NCBI GenBank assembly: GCA_965250005.1
Contig: OZ252279.1
Span: 960,001 to 992,000 of the forward strand
Direction: 5' to 3'
DNA length: 32,000 bases
Origin: Demequinaceae bacterium
Lineage (GTDB): Bacteria > Actinomycetota > Actinomycetes > Actinomycetales > Demequinaceae
In this document: piece by piece, positions 29,434-32,000 of the stretch
Numbering within the stretch: the stretch's first letter is position 1
Layout: each line of letters opens with the position of its first letter
Program-made: the position numbers and the translations under genes
The notes under the pieces: generated by a model
What the model saw: only the letters and a program-made list of their open reading frames with translations
Database searches by the model: none
What the model was told of the DNA's origin: nothing

Positions 29434-30705
29434 CTAGCCGACAGGGGCGCTACCTGTGACCGGCTCAAGCGGGGGCTGCGCCGCATCGACTTCCGCGAAG
29501 CCCGCCAGTCGCACGCCAGCTATTACTGCAGAGGCGATCGCGGCGATGGCAGCCTGCGCAGGCGAGTCGAGCGCCCTCTCGCGCAGAGCCTGCCCCGCGA
29601 GCGACGACATATCGCAAGCGCGCGGGTCGTCCGGGACAGTCCACACTTCACTGACCGACGCGTAGGTTGCGAGTGCATCGGCGACTGCTTCGCGTGGTCG
29701 GGTGCCTGCGACAGAAGCGCGCACCCGGTTGATCACGACTGTTCGCGCGGATCGTTCCGTGATTTTCGCCTGATCAAGTTCACCAAGCGCCTGCACTAAG
29801 CGCTGAACGCCCAACGGCTCTGCCGAACCCACGACCACCACCGCATCCGCACTGGAGAGGGCGCTCAGGGTGGCGGCATTTCGCGCCGCGAGCCCCGGGT
29901 CGCCTGCTTCGATCGAGAAGCCGCAGTCAACGATGACCAGTGGAACCGCGGCGCGCAGAGCTTCCCAAACGGACTCCAGCGCTGTGTCCGACAGTTCGGC
30001 CCAGCGATCTGGCCGGGAAATGCCACTCAGAACTCGCAGGTTCTTGGCAACGGCAAGTGCGTGGCGGTCGATAAGCGCGGGCGGAACAGCCCCTTTGAGG
30101 CCTGCCCGCGCGAGGGCCGCGATTCCCGGGGCCTCGTCGAGCATCCCGAGCGCCTGTCCCACGGCGCCGCCGTAAGTATCGATGTCCACTAGCACCACGT
30201 CCACGCCGTTTGCGGCAGCCTCGGCAGCGAGATTGACGGCAAGCGTGGTGCGCCCGGGGGCTCCGGTCGGGCCCCACACCGCCACGATTGAACCCGCATG
30301 GTCATCGGCCGTAGGGTCGGCCGCATCCGGCTCGGCGACAGTTCCCGCAACCGGGCCCGCGACGGCGAGCATGCCCGCGACGCCGCGCGCGATCGTTTGC
30401 GCATCGACGTCGCGATCGAATACGAGCGAGATTCCCAATGCCTGTAGGGCCACATAGTCGTCGGTCGACGTAGAGACGCCTGCCACCGCCACTCCTGCCT
30501 TCATCAACCGCTTGACCACGCTCCGGTCAAGCTGAGACTGTTCCGAAACCACGGCAATAGCACCAACTCCTGCTTCTGCTGCCGCGACCGCTTCAGCGAG
30601 ATCCGCGCATCGGCGCGCTACGGCGATCGACGCCTGGGAGTCGATCGCTGCCGCGATCTCAGCCTCTCTGTCGCCCCGAACCGCGAGGATGACTCCGCTC
30701 TTCAC
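29434..30705 (-). CDS. CpaE/MinD-like P-loop ATPase (Tad/Flp-type localisation factor-like)
   Basis: GSIVAVWGPTGAPGRTTLAVNLAAEAAANGVDVVLVDIDTYGGAVGQALGM: deviant Walker A and ParA/MinD-like fold, with an N-terminal receiver-like region. Confidence 0.78.
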   Translation of the reverse strand: MKSGVILAVRGDREAEIAAAIDSQASIAVARRCADLAEAVAAAEAGVGAIAVVSEQSQLDRSVVKRLMKAGVAVAGVSTSTDDYVALQALGISLVFDRDVDAQTIARGVAGMLAVAGPVAGTVAEPDAADPTADDHAGSIVAVWGPTGAPGRTTLAVNLAAEAAANGVDVVLVDIDTYGGAVGQALGMLDEAPGIAALARAGLKGAVPPALIDRHALAVAKNLRVLSGISRPDRWAELSDTALESVWEALRAAVPLVIVDCGFSIEAGDPGLAARNAATLSALSSADAVVVVGSAEPLGVQRLVQALGELDQAKITERSARTVVINRVRASVAGTRPREAVADALATYASVSEVWTVPDDPRACDMSSLAGQALRERALDSPAQAAIAAIASAVIAGVRLAGFAEVDAAQPPLEPVTGSAPVG

Positions 30706-31406
30706 GACGTCGCACTTCCTGCAATTCCCACGACCGTGACTTCCCCCTCGCTCGCGAGAGCGGCCAGGAAGTCGCCAACGTCTCGCTTGGGAACCATCAG
30801 GTATACGGTCTCGACGGCGCCGCTCGAGAAGGCACCTGCGCGCCGTTCGACCTGGTCGACCACGAGTTCACCCGCAATCAGGACTGACTCCACTTCACCT
30901 GAACCCGCGCTCGTAAGCCACACGTCCACGATTGCACCGCGCTCGATTCCTTGCGCCAGCGGGCGCGCCGTGGTCACGGCGATTGGCCGCGCTGCGAACG
31001 AATCAGGCGAGGCCAACGCGCTCGATGGAATCAGTTCGCCTGCCCCAACGACGCGCGTAATAACCATCCCGACAATCGGCTCGCCGAGCATGACGTATTC
31101 GCCAGCGCCAACGCGAACGTGAAGCACAGCCAGATGGTCCTCGGTGATCACAGTTCCAGGGGTCAGCGAGTCTCGCGCCACATACTGCGGATCCGTGCGG
31201 TCAGCGCCAGAGACAATTGATGCAGTCGCCATTACGGACACCGCGATGAGCACCAAGCCAATGAGTAGGCGCGGGTCTTTCCACCCGGGCCGCTGGAGCC
31301 TGCCGGCGATTGGTCGCTGCTCTGCGTCCACGTTGCCCTCCCTATTGCTGTGCGCCCATCCTGCCCGAGGTTGCGCTACCTCGCCACCGGAGTGTGGATA
31401 ACCCAT
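30702..31406 (-). CDS. SAF domain protein (CpaB/RcpC-like)
   Basis: N-terminal TM segment LLIGLVLIAVSVMATASIVSG followed by SAF-like YVARDSLTPGTVITEDHLAVLHVRVG...VGMVITRVVGAGELIPSSAL. Overlaps the ATPase start by 4 nt. True start may lie downstream. Confidence 0.75.
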   Translation of the reverse strand: MGYPHSGGEVAQPRAGWAHSNREGNVDAEQRPIAGRLQRPGWKDPRLLIGLVLIAVSVMATASIVSGADRTDPQYVARDSLTPGTVITEDHLAVLHVRVGAGEYVMLGEPIVGMVITRVVGAGELIPSSALASPDSFAARPIAVTTARPLAQGIERGAIVDVWLTSAGSGEVESVLIAGELVVDQVERRAGAFSSGAVETVYLMVPKRDVGDFLAALASEGEVTVVGIAGSATS

Positions 31407-31438
31407 GCCAGGGCGAGGCCGCGTGCGAGAATGGTGGC

Positions 31439-31684
31439 ATGTCGTCGCGCTTTCTCACCCTCGCCGACGTCCAGGAAGTCCTGAACGTCAACTCACAGCA
31501 GGCTTACTCGCTAGTGCGTTCTGGAGACCTCCCCGCGATTCAAGTGGGAGGCCGCGGCCAATGGCGAGTCGAGGGGGTCGAACTCGAGGCCTACATCCAG
31601 CGACAGTATGAACTCACGCGCGCACGCGCGGCGCGCGGCCGGTCAAGCGCGACCACTCGCGCCCAGTCATCTAAACGGAAGTGA
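31439..31684 (+). CDS. Helix-turn-helix (MerR/excisionase-type) DNA-binding protein
   Basis: MSSRFLTLADVQEVLNVNSQQAYSLVRSGDLPAIQVGGRGQWRVEGVELEAYIQRQYE. Confidence 0.85.
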   Translation: MSSRFLTLADVQEVLNVNSQQAYSLVRSGDLPAIQVGGRGQWRVEGVELEAYIQRQYELTRARAARGRSSATTRAQSSKRK

Positions 31685-32000
31685 CGCGCCGCACCTGAGA
31701 GAACGGAACGGCTACAGGATCCGCACCTTCCGTCTCCAGGTCCAGGTGGTCCGCTCCAACGCGGCCTACCCTTCCCCTCAGCTCCCCGCCCCCGGTCAGG
31801 ATTGTGACGCGGGCACGATCCCGCGCGAGAGCCCTGAGCGCGTGGCCGAGCGTCAGCCTGGCTGCGACCTCCCCCACTTGCGCCGCGCGGGCGGAAACGC
31901 CTCTCGCAGAAGCGATCGCGGCAACGGGAATCAGATGCTGCCGCGGACCATCATTGACGAGAACCCATTGCGCAGTGGCGTCAACGACGGTGCCGGATGT
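31671..32000 (-). CDS. Hypothetical protein, 5' end outside the window
   Basis: Open reading frame through the right edge: TSGTVVDATAQWVLVNDGPRQHLIPVAAIASARGV...VTILTGGGELRGRVGRVGADHLDLE, an LSm-like beta pattern. Confidence 0.6.
   Translation of the reverse strand, partial: TSGTVVDATAQWVLVNDGPRQHLIPVAAIASARGVSARAAQVGEVAARLTLGHALRALARDRARVTILTGGGELRGRVGRVGADHLDLETEGADPVAVPFSQVRRVTSV

Noticed and set aside
1-32000. CRISPR array, phage, restriction or toxin-antitoxin locus, or natural-product cluster
   Set aside because: No regular direct repeats and no signature proteins for any of these were seen; apart from the IS3 fossil the content is housekeeping or envelope-related.

Overview
This 32 kb window looks like a conserved, high-GC actinobacterial core chromosome segment, probably Actinomycetia (inferred from the multidomain Kgd/OdhA-type oxoglutarate dehydrogenase, a SigR/RsrA pair and a bL37-like 24-aa protein). 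Left part: a ROK regulator/kinase, a decayed sugar isomerase, the thrB-thrC-hom cluster, an LMW protein tyrosine phosphatase, a 58-aa small ORF missing from the ORF track, and lysA-argS. Middle: a MmcQ/YjbR-like protein, a small lipoprotein, tRNA-Arg(CCG), a patatin-like phospholipase, alanine dehydrogenase, a DUF2807-like lipoprotein, a VanY-like peptidase, two CNNM/HlyC-type proteins, kgd, an SGNH-like protein lacking catalytic residues, and pilT. Right part: a bL37-like gene with a terminator, rsrA-sigR, a DoxX-like protein, aroA-rsgA-hisN, a degenerate IS3-type transposase, a CpaE-like ATPase with an abnormal P-loop next to a CpaB/SAF-like protein, and a small HTH protein. I found no CRISPR array, phage module, defence island, biosynthetic cluster or convincing new multi-gene system. 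The most useful leads are small genes, apparent pseudo-enzymes, unusual catalytic motifs and strong inverted repeats. All family calls come from reading motifs in the translations; no database search was run.
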